A DNA stretch of 64,000 bases from Phallusia mammillata (Eukaryota), in contig OZ281497.1 of NCBI GenBank assembly GCA_965637545.1, positions 20,894,001 to 20,958,000 of the forward strand, read 5' to 3'. Numbering within the stretch: the stretch's first letter is position 1; each line of letters opens with the position of its first letter. The notes beneath the pieces were generated by a model. The model saw only the letters and a program-made list of their open reading frames with translations, had not been told where the DNA came from and made no database searches. Below are positions 1 through 12,837 of the stretch, in pieces. Position numbers and translations under genes: made by a program.

Positions 1-25
1 ACACATCGCAGTACTGAGATCTTAC

Positions 26-2338
26 CAACACAAATAGTTCCATTGCCAAAATAACCCAAGTTACAGGAGCAAGTAAAGGTTCCTTGTTTGTTGGTGCATG
101 CTGCTTTTTCGTGGCAATTATGAATGCCGAGGGAACATTCGTCAATGTCTAAAATGATACATATTTTGTAGCAAGTTAAACAGTCTCCGAGCATTGGTAA
201 CATGAAAAAATATACAATTTTTTAACATAAAATCAAACAAATATTTTGTATTCAGCAAATATTGTGATATCATGCACTGCATGGGCTTTAAACTGTTGCG
301 TAATTGTATCTTCATGACAACTCTCTTGTACGTATTAATAGTTGATATTGTTTGTGACGTTTGGGAATGTTACCAAATTTCGATAAACTTTTCTGTTTTA
401 CAAACTAAGAATGTAATTATGCATGTTCGTATTGGTCGCAAGAAATCACAATTCTTTTAAGAAGATTTTGGTCGCGACAACTAAAAACGGTTGTGCAGAA
501 TTGCCTTAAGCCGCTTCCTTCAAGAAGTTATTGGCAAAGTGCACTTGCCCAAAGCATTTTTATCGGTTTTATATGCTTAATTGTAAAAAAATCGGTCAAA
601 GAGATCTGAAAACTCAAAATGGGCGAGTAAACAAAATGTAGGAATTACCGAGGCAGTCAGAACCAATAAGTTGAAAACCAGCTCCGCAAACATCACTAGT
701 TGTCGCTGGAGAGTTAGTAGGTTCAGCCACAAATGGCCCTGCAAAAAAACACAGATAGGACGTTAACTATAGTTTTTTATGACAATAGTCACAAAAAGAT
801 TCAAACTTAAAAAGTTTGCTTCAAATATTACTTTAAGTATCATTGTCCCATTGTCCTCTAATTGTAACTTACTTGTTTGAGCATAAATGGTAGCGGATGA
901 CGTGTTTCCTATGGTATTGTGACCCACGACGATAAGTTTATAAGCAGTTGAAGGCTTTAGAAAAGAAAATCCCGCTTTTCCTGCTATGTGCTGCTCGTAG
1001 GAAGTATCATCACCAACAAGAAACGCATTGGAAAATACGACGTTTGCTGGGTCCCAAGCAAAGCTCAAACCAGAGCTCCCAGTCCAAGTTACCCGAAGGT
1101 TGCTAATGACTGGTTGTTCAACTAAAATTGCAAATATGTGATATATTTCATATGCTTATATGATATATTTCAGATTTGAATACCACCAAATGCTTTGTAC
1201 AAACAGATGCTGAACCAGAGCTAAAGAAAATCAGATTAATTGTAAATTTCTTTTTTTACTTTATTTTTAGATTGCATTTCGTTACCGTTCAGATAACGAA
1301 ATGCAGTTTCGTTTGTACCTTAGTAAAACAAGAATAAAAAGTGTTTTCTTATTCAAAGAGTTAGATCTATACAGATTGTTTTTAAAATAACTCACCAATG
1401 TTAAGATCTAAATAGGCATGATCCGCGTAACAGACACCCCTACCAAAACAGGGGTAGTCACCGCAATGACCTGTAAAATGCAACCAGTTGAAACCAAATC
1501 TGCTCATGCCTAAAAAGTGTTCATATGCTTACGTGTGCAGGTAATACCATCGCCTACAAAGCATACGTCGCATTTGCAGATGACACCGCCCTCTGTACTA
1601 TTGCACGTTGCGTTGTCGCCACAACTGCCACAATCAGTTGTATTTGCCGGCGGAATAGCTGGATAGGTTGGAGCAGGAACTAAAATATACGGTTTTATGT
1701 GGTAAAATTATGGCACAAAATTTAGGTTTAAACAGTTATTTAGGTTAAAATTAAAAAAAAATAGTTTTAGGTTTAAACAGTAGGTTTAAACATGTACATT
1801 TCTAAAATCGTAAAATCGTAAAAAAAACAGCTACAGGTAAAAAATGCAAATTTTGGCTAAATTCGCCATACCGAAAGCACGAGAAATACCAGGGTTAAAT
1901 TGCTGACCACAGAGTTACACTAGTTTAGTCCACGCACGGCTTCTCTAACAACTGAAAGTTTAGTTTGTTTCTACTATTATCTACAAAGATGTCGACAAAC
2001 ACCCTCGATTTCGTTCATCATTCCAAACAAGAACCTTTTTACCCAAAAGTAATGGAGGTATAGTAACAAAGTGTAACATATGATACTTCTTCTGAACTTA
2101 CGAGTTCTGGCAGTAAAATTCTTTACCGCAGACAAGGGGAAATTGCTGGCTTTCAATACCATCACATATTCGGTGTCCGGCTGGAGGTAAATGTAAGCAA
2201 CCTGTGTTTTGCCGTCAAAACCGTATTCCACATTTGGAATTGATGAGTAAATAAATGCCGCGTTGCTGACAGTCCAGCCGAAGAACAAACTATTGTGTGT
2301 TCTCCATAGCAGTTGAATGTCATGAATTACTGGGACAT
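26..2338 (-). CDS. EFG-1: partial EGF/FN3 paralog (FN3-EGF-Cys3-FN3-linker-cbEGF), continues off the left edge; 5' exons not found
   Basis: Open phase-1 exons with AG/GT borders: 2338-2102 (FN3, [17 protein letters not shown]...), 1679-1533 (EGF with extra Cys, [14 protein letters not shown]), 1470-1396 ([13 protein letters not shown]), 1121-873 (FN3), 738-649 ([12 protein letters not shown]), 148-26 ([12 protein letters not shown]...). Exon lengths are identical to those of EFG-2. Confidence 0.8.
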
Positions 2339-4012
2339 CTGAAACCATAAAGACAAACGTGTATACTTCACATTGTTTCCTCCAAATGCCTCTACTTAAA
2401 TTTTGTTTTAGGTACGACATACGATACACACTATCATTAGCGAATCTTACAAATATTAGTAATTTTCTATTTGAATTAGTTATCTTTTGCGATTTTATAG
2501 AAAGAACAGTCATTTAGAATAATTTCTTAAAAGCAAAGAAAGGGAACAATGCAAATTTATTTCTAATTAAATTTAAAAATTTTACCCTTGACCCGCAGTT
2601 CTTATAAGCCATTTCTCGCGGTCCGCAGCGTTATTAGGACATCGTTATTAGGGAAATTTTAAAACAATTATTCATATCTTGGCAAATATAAACCAAAGGT
2701 GAAATGCAAAGGGCAAAAAATAAAATCAGCTTGGAGGCAATTAAAAAAGATAAGACTTGATGAAAATTGCGGACAAAAACATTTACTTGTACCTGATTCA
2801 GTATGAAAGAAATGCTTTTGCAGCAGACGTAACTATTTAAAGAATACCCGATTGGCTTACTTCAACAGGTGGAGCTAGCATTTTTAGAGAAATATTCTTT
2901 CAAATATTCTTTAGGTTCTTATGTCAGCAGATCTTTTTCCAAGTTGGTTACTGGAGTTGAACAATATTAACGACGCATATTGTCGACAATAGATTTTATC
3001 CCCATGAGAATTTTGGCTCTTTTATTTTGGTCGTTTCGGATCTGAAACGAAACTTTATTTAAAGCCTATTTGATCAAGATATACCTAAAAATTAATACAA
3101 ATCCTGAGAGCTATTTGTGCTGTAAAATTAAATTTTTAAGTGTGCCTAATGACAGAAACAAGATTAGTTGTATCAGCGCAATTCTACACCAATTTCATTT
3201 CAACTTAAATAACCCGCCCAAACCGACTGCAACCGGCTCATACCCATCGGGAAATCTTAGGCCTCAGTTACATTTGTATGCTTTAATTCTATGGTGTGAA
3301 CTGGCTTTGGTTCCATTGTTCCACAAAAAAGAGCAACAAAATGGTAGATGATATCAGAGTATGTTCATGAAAACGCAAATAGGCCTATACGTATCTTAAT
3401 AAAATGAGCCTTGTTTATATACGGATATTTTCGACTTCAGAGCCGTGTCCCACTTTTCATAGTGATATTGATGATTGCCGATTTTGCAGAAGCAAAGCTT
3501 AGAAAACTGTTTGAGTTTAGGTTTATTTAAAGCAACAATGAACTGAAGCTTGCAGATAGATTTTTAGTCACGCAATGACATTACTTTTCCACATGAAAGA
3601 CTATCGCAGCATTGTTCGACTTTTGATACCGACCAGTGTTTTTCGGATTTGTCTTTGCTTTTTTGTTTACACCAATCAAGGTAAGACTGTGGCTAAAATG
3701 CCTAAAAATAAGACATAAAATTTTGCAGAAACACTATTTCCTGGTTTCCAAACGATACAACCTGTGGTATGTGCTAAACTTTTGGGTGATCTTGGATATC
3801 AACGTACTTTTACAAACCATCGTCCTGAAGTGGTTTCTCCATAAAACAAGGAATAAAGGACAACAAGAATTCAAAGCAGAAATCAATTTGTTTTAATTTT
3901 TTACACCATACTTGAAAAGAAATGAATGCATCGGTTTGAGTAAGTATAAATGTTTAATTACAAAACATTTTATAGACATTGGTTCATTTCACGCATAAAA
4001 TGTATGGCATAC

Positions 4013-4387
4013 CAGAGTTGCAAGTCGGACCGGGCTTTTCGGGTCGGGTTCGGGCTCGGGCCGGGTTCGGGCTTAGGTATTTGTCAGAAAACGGGCTCAA
4101 AACTGACTTTACGTTCCGTTTCCGCGTTTTTTAAGTAACAGTTCTCTGGCTTTGACCTAATGCCCACCCTCCTCTAAAACGTATTGTTTACCCCATTGTC
4201 TGCTATTGTTCATTGTGTTTGTTGTCTTTTACTTTGCTGCAAGGCTTTCGTGGATAGGCCTGTCAATCAAAATTTCGGGCCTAAACGGGCTTCTCAAAAA
4301 CGTTTTGGGTTCGGGTCGGGCTTCGGGCTTGTACTTTCGGGTTCGGGCCGGGTTCGGGCTCAGATTTCGGGCCCGCTTGCAACTCTG
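4013..4387. mobile_element. hAT-type MITE, family with CAGAGTTGCAAG TIRs
   Basis: TIRs CAGAGTTGCAAG...CTTGCAACTCTG, internal TCGGG repeats, 8-bp flanks TGGCATAC/TGACATAC (1 mismatch). Related copies at 13210 and 23589. Confidence 0.85.
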
Positions 4388-4901
4388 TGACATACAAACA
4401 ATCGTAGTTCAAAGTGTGGACCATACACAAATTTTCTTGCAGTTTTTTACCACGATTAGTATCACAGCAATATTTATAGCGACTAAGTTATGCCCACATT
4501 TATAGTTGATTAGTTTGTTTCAAAAAGGAACAGGCAAAAACATCTCACTACCATTTGACCGACCCCCTAAAATTGGTCTCCAAAGTTTTTAAATGAAGAA
4601 AATTTTCCGTACACTTTTCGGTTAAAGCATTTGAAAGTGTGATTGGGGTTTCTATTTCAAGAGGGCTATAGACAGCGAATATACGTTATTTACACAATTG
4701 TTGCTTGTCACAAAATCTCGCCAAGCGCCAAAAATGTTTTATGGTCCACAAGGACGGTAACAATCTTGCCACTTTTGAAATTCGTTTTTCCACTCGTTGT
4801 ATGCCTCACGGTATTCCCTGCATTACATAAACATGATTATCCTACACCAATTGAAACACCATACTAAAAAACAAATATTCGGTCAAACAAATAAGGTAGA
4901 G

Positions 4902-5094
4902 CTAATCACACAAGAATTCACAGACATGCCTGTTAATTTCCGAAAAGTGACGCAACGGAGCATAGGCTTTTACTGTGATAATAATTGCTGACTCAGCAAA
5001 TTGCTGAGCGATTATTGCCATAGTAAAAGCCTATGCTCCGTTGCGCCACCTTTTGGAAATTAACAGGCCTGTTTGTGAGTTCTTGTGTTAGTAG
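4902..5094. mobile_element. Palindromic (foldback) MITE
   Basis: Long imperfect inverted arms around a central TGCTGACTCAGCA (4986-4998). Related element at 46111-46363. Confidence 0.65.
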
Positions 5095-5225
5095 ATTTTA
5101 CAACAAATAATGCAAAACCGCTGTATAGCTTCTGGCTAATATGCAACCAACAATTTAAATAAAGCTCGTATAGTCCCAAACGTTTGACCAAGTAGATCCA
5201 GAAGAATAAAACAAGGGCTGCAAAC

Positions 5226-8200
5226 CTACCCCTTTGAAGGATTTTGTTCACAGTCTCGTGGGCCAGTTGTCGATGTTGGGTTAGGGGTTGTAAAGGGTCT
5301 GTCGGTCGTTGGCAAAACAGTTTGGGCAGTGGTAGATGTACCTAGATTAAACGTAAAATGCAAGTCTAACCAGCTCAAAACAATACGTCAGTAAAAAAGG
5401 CCATTATAATCTACAGTTGCAAGTCGGGCACGGCTTTTCGGGTCGGGTTTGGTCCGGCAAATTGTTAGGATCTATTAAACCAGCTGAATTCGGGTCTGAC
5501 TTTACATTCAAAAAAACATTTGTGTCACAATTTCACGTTGGTAAATCAAACTTTAGGACAAATTCGATCTTATACCTTTGTATTCGTGTCGAGTTGGGCT
5601 TTTTGTTCCCTAGTGCAAGCCTTGTATAGTCGTAAAAAATATTTTTACCCAACAATTCCACATGACAATATGATATCAAAACGCAGTGTTACCTGTGAAA
5701 AAAGTGTAACTAGCTGAATAGTTTGTGGGAGCATATTCCGGTTTGAATGTAAGGGTGTAAACAGTATCAGACTTCAAACTGCCGAACGTTGCTTCCTTGT
5801 CATGGTAGCGAGAATATATTGCTACAAGTTGATCTCTTTCGTATAATTCCAGGATGTATGTATAATCAACATAAGATGGAATCACTTTCTTCCAGGCAAT
5901 AGTGATATAATCTGGTCCTCTTATTTCGTTTGTTACGACCAACGCAGGATCACCTTCAATGGAGATATATGACTATAAAGTCACCAATTCATACGCTTTG
6001 TTGATCATGTATTGCTACAAAGCGTTTCCGTAAAGCATTTAATGGAGAGTACCTGGACAAACCCCGTACAAACAGTAACACGAGGTTCCGTATTTGTTTT
6101 GATCGCAGTAGCCTCCTACACCACATAAAGAATATGTGGAGGTTTCACATAGACCTGCAATAAGTAAAGACAAAAATATTAACATGTTGTTAAACATTTC
6201 GCACTGCTTAAGATCTCACCAACACAAATAGTTCCATTGCCAAAATAACCAAAATTGCATGAGCAAGTAAAGGTTCCTCGTTTGTTGGTGCATACTGCCC
6301 TTTCGTGACAATTATGAATGCCGAGTGAACATTCGTCAATATCTGAAATTAAACACGTTTTATTTGAAATAAAACCATCGTCTGTGCATATTGAAATAGG
6401 AAAGAAGCAAAATATTGTTTGCAACAAAAACAATGATTCAAGTAGTTTTTAATGGTATCATGTACACTTTATAAGTTAATTTTTCTGGACTTGCGACGCA
6501 CCAGCAAATAAAAGGAAATGAGGAAAAACAAATAAAAGGTAATGAGGAAAACCAAGATTAATGCCCGCCAAGCGACGCCCCAGACACGCGCTGATCACGC
6601 ACGTGCTGCATGGGCTGCATTTTCGATCAAAAACGTAATTTAACGTCAATACACACGCTACGCAAAACGTCTTTGGACGTACATATACGTCAACCGCACT
6701 GAAAGTGTTAACCTACGTTTTATGAGATAACCTAAGTTCAGCCATGAAACGGAACTATTCTGCGACGCCCTTGGAAGATTGAAACAACACATCAGGGCGT
6801 CGCGGCGCACAGTTTGAGAACTACTGCTCTAAGGTAACAAAAATGTTTAAAGAGTTACAAAAAACTCAAAATATGTAAACAAAAAATTGGAATTACCGAC
6901 GCAGTCAGAACCAATCAGTTGAAAACCAGCTCCACATACGTCACTAGTAGTCGCTGGAGAGTTAGTAGGTTCATCCACAAATGGCCCTGCAAACAAAACA
7001 ACACATAAGACGTTAAGAACAAGTCAAAAAGATTTAAACTTAAATAGTTTGCTTCAAATATTACTTTTTTTATCTAAAGTTTCAATAACCTTCAAGTTTG
7101 ACTTACTTGTTTGAGCTAAAATGCTAGCGGATGACGTGTTTCCTATGGTATTGTAACCCACGACGGTAAGTTTATAAGTTGTTGAAGGCTTTAGGAAAGA
7201 AAATCCCGCTGTACCAGCTATGTGCTGCTCGTAAGAAGTATCATCACCGACCAGAAACGCATTGGAAAATACGACGTTTGCTGCGTCCCATGCAAAACTT
7301 AAACCAGAGCTTCCAGTCCAAGTTACCCGAAGATTATTTATGGTCGGTTGTTCAGCTGAAAGTACAGATACGGAATGTGTTGTTACCCGGCATATTTCAT
7401 AAACTTTCATTTTTATTCAAATGCCACACTACCCAAATGATCTGGAAATTTCTTTTAATTACTTTTATACTTTTTTAATTGCATTTATATTGGTCGTATT
7501 AATTACAAACGGCGGTTGCATTTGTACCTTAAAGCATGAAGAGTGTTTTCTTAATCAAAGATTCAAAGCTATACAGATTGTTCGTTTTTTTCAAAAAAAA
7601 AAGAAACTTACTAATGTTAAGATCTCTGTAAGTATGATCCCCGTAGCAGACACCCAAAGAAAAGCAAGGATCGTCACCGCAATGCCCTGTACAATGCAAC
7701 TAGGTAAAAACAAAAGCTCTTTTTTTGCTTAAAAAGTGTTCATATGCTTACGTGTACAAGTAATACCATCACCAACAAAACACTCGGTGCATTTGCAGGT
7801 GAAACCACCCTCTGTACTGTTGCAGATTGAGTTGATGGCACAATTACCACAATCAGTAGTATTTACTATCGGATTAACTGGATAGGTTGGAGCAGGGACT
7901 GAAAGTCAGAAATCCACAGTCATTGTATGGGTGTCATAAAAAATACAGGGTTAAATATATAAAACTGTATGATGATGTATGAAATCGTACATTAGTGTCC
8001 AAGCAAAAACTAAGCTAGGTGCCTATAGGCAAAATTTGATTAATTCGCCCCACAAAAGCATGAGAAATACCAGCATAAATTGCAGATACTAGAGTCACAC
8101 TATTTTGGTCCAGATACGGCGTCTCTAACCAATGAAAGTTCTGTTTGTTCCTACTATTGTCTCCATATATATCAACAACACTCTCAATTTCTTGCATCAT

Positions 8201-10289
8201 TCCAAACAACTATTTTTGTACCCAAACGAAATGAAAGTCCATTAAAAACAAGTGTAACATGTGATAATCCTTCTGAACTTACGAGTTCTGGCAGTAAAAT
8301 TCTTTTCCGCAGACAAGGGGTAATTACTGACTCTCAATACCATCACATATTCGGTGTCTGGCTGGAGGTAAATGTAAGCAACCTGTGTTTTGCCGGCAAC
8401 ACCATATGCCCCGCTTGGAATTGATGAGGAAACAAAGAGAGCGTTGCTGACAGTCCAGCCGAAGAACAAACTATTATGTGTTCTCCATAGCAGTTGAATG
8501 TCATGAATTACTGGGACATCTGAAACCACAGCGACAAACAGTTAAACTCAATATCGGTTGCTTTAAGTCTCTCGACTGTAAGGTATATATTTTAGGTTTA
8601 GGAGACACACTATCATTACCGATTTGTAGTATTATATATGTATTTGTATTTTGCGATTTTGTATCTTTCGTACAAAAAGTGTGCATTGCAAATTTATTTC
8701 GAAATGACATTTAAAAATTAAAAAAAATGTAATTTATTTCAAAATTTTTTTGAGATTTAAAAAAAAATTCTATAGTTTATTTATATTGTTGTATATAAAC
8801 TGTATGTAATATATTATAAATCACGAATCATCAGATATCGAATCAGTACGAGAGGTGAAGAACAAACTCCAGGTTAAACTTGTTTGTATTTTCTGTGCCA
8901 ACTCTTGCCATGTCGTTTATGAATGCCTTTTATGTGTGTTAAATTTTCCTTAAGGGAACTGAAAACACAACAAAAAAACATTTTTATGTCTCACCGTCGC
9001 TCGTACAAAATTCATCTCGACAAAAGCAAGTGTAACCGTTTGCACCTTCTCTACATTCTCCAATGCTGCTGCAGGACTCGTTACAAAAACCTAAAAAAAC
9101 GTTTTCCATTATATAATTGGCCTGTAAAGTCGATCAAAGCAACTTCGTAAATAACGATGTCAATAACAATGCATGTACTATTACTAGGGTTTTTATACCG
9201 TCCCTATTTCAAAAACATATTTTAAAAGGTCTTAGTGTCCTTGGAAAAAGAAAAATTAGTGTCCTTATTTCGAAGAGTGGTAGGCTACTTGTTTTTGACT
9301 TGAGTCCTTATTTTCTCTCATTTTCAACAGTTACAAGTCAAATTCCTGCTACAAGTAACAGTAAACCTAGACCTGTAGTAAGATGCACGTGGTATTTTCT
9401 ACAAACAAGGAATTGCTGGAACAGATTGTTTTTGGCCAAAATTATGGATCGTATAAATGCAAAGATTTGTTCAAAAACATTCGTTTGTTTCGTGAAAATT
9501 TATTTTTTCGCATGCCCTTATTTTGGGTTCCATGTCAATAGCATTACACAAAAGATTGAATGATAGACAATAAGCTGGATTTTTGCAGATAGACAGTACG
9601 AAGAACAGCAACAAAATCACCTGGTACAAAATAAAGAACATTTTTAAAAAAAAAACAAGCAAGAGATTACTCACCTTTGCAGTCGTAACCGTCTCCAGCA
9701 AACCATTCTTTACATTGACAGTCATAACCCCCAAAAGTGTTGATGCATCTAGCCTCAACATGACAGTTGTGGGTTCCTAGAGCGCATTCGTCAATATCTA
9801 AAAAGACAATTTCAGCGGGTGATCATACTTTTTGTAATACTGTCAACTTTAAGAATGAAATCTAAAGATAATAAACTACATGGTGTTATACTATATAAGC
9901 CCTTACTATCATCGATTTTTTTCTTGTAAAGGGGACATTTTGAAAAAAAAAACTGTTTGGGTGCTGTACAAAACAAATTTGCTTTTAACAACAATTAATT
10001 GTTTGAAGTTGCATGATTTAAATCACATTGCACACCGACAATTTTGAATTTGAAAAACACAAAAATACCGCCACATGTAAACACAGTCTAGCAATGCACA
10101 TTCTTGTGCAATTGGTATTACTTAAAACACAGCAAAATTATTTTGTTACGGTTTAGCGCTGTAAACTTAGGCAATTCCATCGAAAAACACGGCAACTGTT
10201 TAACTCTTTCTAGCGTGTATAACATACAACATACCTTGACCTATAGCAGGCAACATTATCGCAAGAAATATCACGATACCACAATACAT
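5226..10289 (-). CDS. EFG-2: secreted EGF/FN3 modular protein, 12 exons
   Basis: Exons: 10289-10235 (signal [18 protein letters not shown]|G), 9797-9675 cbEGF, 9090-8995 EGF, 8519-8283 FN3, 7898-7752 EGF(7C), 7686-7612 Cys3, 7355-7107 FN3, 6986-6897 linker/half-EGF, 6342-6220 cbEGF, 6154-6053 EGF, 5953-5693 FN3 (AAG acceptor), 5341-5226 Thr/Pro-rich exon ending in TAG. All lengths preserve frame. The 3' end is uncertain. Confidence 0.82.
5412..5629. mobile_element. Degenerate relative of the CAGAGTTGCAAG MITE
   Basis: Starts TACAGTTGCAAGTCGGGCACGGCTTTTCGGGTCGGG, like the 4013 element. The right end is decayed and no TSD is seen. Confidence 0.45.
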
Positions 10290-11500
10290 CGTAAAAGCCA
10301 TATCCAACCGTTCAGCAGGTAAGCCGTGAAACTGAAATGATGTAAAGTTTTGTACCTCGTGGGTAAAATCAACCGTAGGAAAAAAGGTTTGAGGGTAAGG
10401 GGAACTAGCGCGCCAGTATCATTGTCAAAACAAGTCCAGTTCATAATCGCTTACTCGGCACGTTTCGGGTTCTGGTGGTTTTTCCGGTTTTTTTCCATCA
10501 CGTAACGCTTCTTACCACGACATTGGGGTAAAAGGACTACAACGACACGCTTTTGCCCATCAAAACATTTCGCATTTCACCATTTGACAAGTAAGCTTTG
10601 GTTGTATTTTCTACAGCAAGTTTTTAAAGCGGGCACCAAATAGGTGCTAACAAGTATTACTGGAAACACTGGACCCAAAAATAGCAATTTGTTGTTGTCA
10701 TATAAGACATTTAGTTGTCACATAAGACATTTATATTCCGTTCCATTAAAAAATACAGCAACTGGTTTTACTTTCTTTGGCGTTGTATAACAAACAACAT
10801 ATACCCTTATCTATAGCAGGCCAAAAATATTACTATACCACGATACATCTGAAAAGGGCAAATTCAAATAAGCCGTTAAACTGAAATGACGTAAAGTTAA
10901 GCAGCTCGTGGGTAAAAACGTCTGAAGAAAAAGGGGTTTAGGGTCGGAAAAACAGGCAAGGCGCACCAGTATCACCGTCAAAACAAGTTACGGGTAATTC
11001 CTAGTCTGTCATCCGGCAAGTTTCGGTTGTTTGTAGTTTTCAAGGTTTTTCCACGAAGCGCTCCTTATTACAACATTGGGGTAAAAGTACTACAACAAAC
11101 CGCTTTTGCCGAACAAAACATTTTGCATTTCACCATAACATTTGACTAGTAATTTTTTGTTGTATCCCGACAACAAGTTATCCAAGCGGGCACCAAATAG
11201 TCAAGGTGCTAACAAGTATTACTGGAAACACTCGGCACAAAAAAGTGATTGGTTGTTTATAGTTGTGAAATAAGACAGTTCTATTGGAACACACTGGTTT
11301 AACTTTTCCTGGCGTACAACATAACTTGACCTATAACAGGCAACATTACCTCCAGATATATCACGATGCCACAATACAATACCTCCAAAATAAGTTACAG
11401 GTGAATACAGATCCGCTTTTGTAGATCACAACATGTCGCATTTTACCAGCACATTTGGCATGTAACCTTGGTTGTTTTTATCCGTAGGAAGATCTCAATA
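10195..11500 (-). repeat. Tandem triplication (~560-bp unit, third copy partial) of the EFG-2 promoter plus signal-peptide exon
   Basis: Three homologous signal-exon copies: 10235-10289 is intact; ~10804-10848 has a deletion giving MYRGIVIFLACYR*; ~11324-11380 has ATG changed to TTG and the donor GT changed to TT. Confidence 0.75.
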
Positions 11501-12837
11501 GAGCGCTTTAAAGTCATTTCAATATTTTCATGTATTCAGACTCTGAAGTTATCGCATTATTTTCAATGTAGTTTGTACAAGCATGCAACGTACTTGAAAA
11601 CGCCAAATGACGTTTTCAATAATCCAAAGTAATTGAAAACGCCAAATGACGTTTTCAATAATCCAAAGTCTATACACTTTTTAATAATTAATCGATGACT
11701 CCAAACTGACCTAAACGTCACTTATCAAAGAGAAATTGAAGAAGAAATAGTTGTTATATTCAAGCCACGAGAGAGAAAGCATTCGACAGTTTATGAACAT
11801 GAACCTCTGCAAACTGAATCCAACTTTGTCACGGCTCACACAGGTTAGTAGTAAACTATGTAATTTTACTTGTCTGAACCCAGATGTCGTTTTGATTCCA
11901 CTATAGTTAGTTAGAACATAGTCAGTTACAAACGTTTGTCGATTGGCTGCACATATGTCGATTGCCGATAAAGTAAAATGCGGTCTCAAGGTTTCGCAGA
12001 GAAATAGATCTATTGGGGAGTCAATGTACGGACGCAAAGTCACAACAACGGAGTACATAAAAACACCAAAAAGTAGCTGCAACTTAAAAGCAGTGTTAAG
12101 CTTTCAACCAACCATGAATTGCGTGTGTAGAACGTGTGCAACTAATCAAAACGTAAATCAGAGTAACAATTTAGAGTGGTCTGGGGTCGCGTGCAAAAAC
12201 CTGTGGTATTTATAGGCACGATCGATTTGGCTCAAATTTACGATTGGATCAATGGCCAGAAGTGGAAAGCAAAGCAAAGCGCGAATAATCATTTTGGAGG
12301 GCAATAAGGAACGATAAGGCTTGATTTATTTGTAAAAAAACGATTTTTGTCATATACGCACAATTCCTAATTCGATCTGTATACTGCACAACTTTCAACG
12401 GATCGCCATTTTTTTAAAAAGGTTTTTCCGTGTTGATAAGAAACATCAGGCAAAAGAGAGATTTAAAGTAAATTAGTAGGGTTTTATGCAAATCGTTTAA
12501 TAATCATGTAACTGTAGGTATTTTTTAATGTAAAGAGTGTGTATGATCCTGGCCCTCTCATTTGTTTGTTAAATTATACGTGATTTCTTTTCTGCAAAAG
12601 GTGCAAAGTATGATACATGAAATTAATATATTTGAAAAATGCGCTTAGGCGAAAGTGAAAGAATATTAAAAAACCTTTACAGAAACTGGATGTTAGCTAA
12701 AACCAATGGCTGCTAACTTTCCGACTTTGATTTGTGAATGTCATGATATTGTCACTATGGCAATTTTGATGTGTATAAATATAAAAAAGTAAATAAAATC
12801 TGTTTGGAAAATTTGGTTTTGTAAAGCCGCCTCGATT

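Noticed and set aside
4184-4505. Gly/Arg/Phe-rich ORFs over the TCGGG repeats (also 13162-13545 and 23762-24031)
   Set aside because: Chance frames through copies of one hAT MITE with TIRs and TSDs; frames are not conserved between copies.
6439-6826. Possible hAT MITE ending TGAGAACTACTG (similar remnants near 2590-2640 and 19010-19415)
   Set aside because: The left TIR is degenerate and there is no TSD, so boundaries cannot be supported.
8015-8209. ORF similar to 1860-2040, between the FN3 and EGF exons
   Set aside because: The frame is not conserved between EFG-1 and EFG-2 and has no matching splice sites.
11596-11675. About 40-bp direct duplication
   Set aside because: Ordinary local slippage in a spacer, with no further structure.
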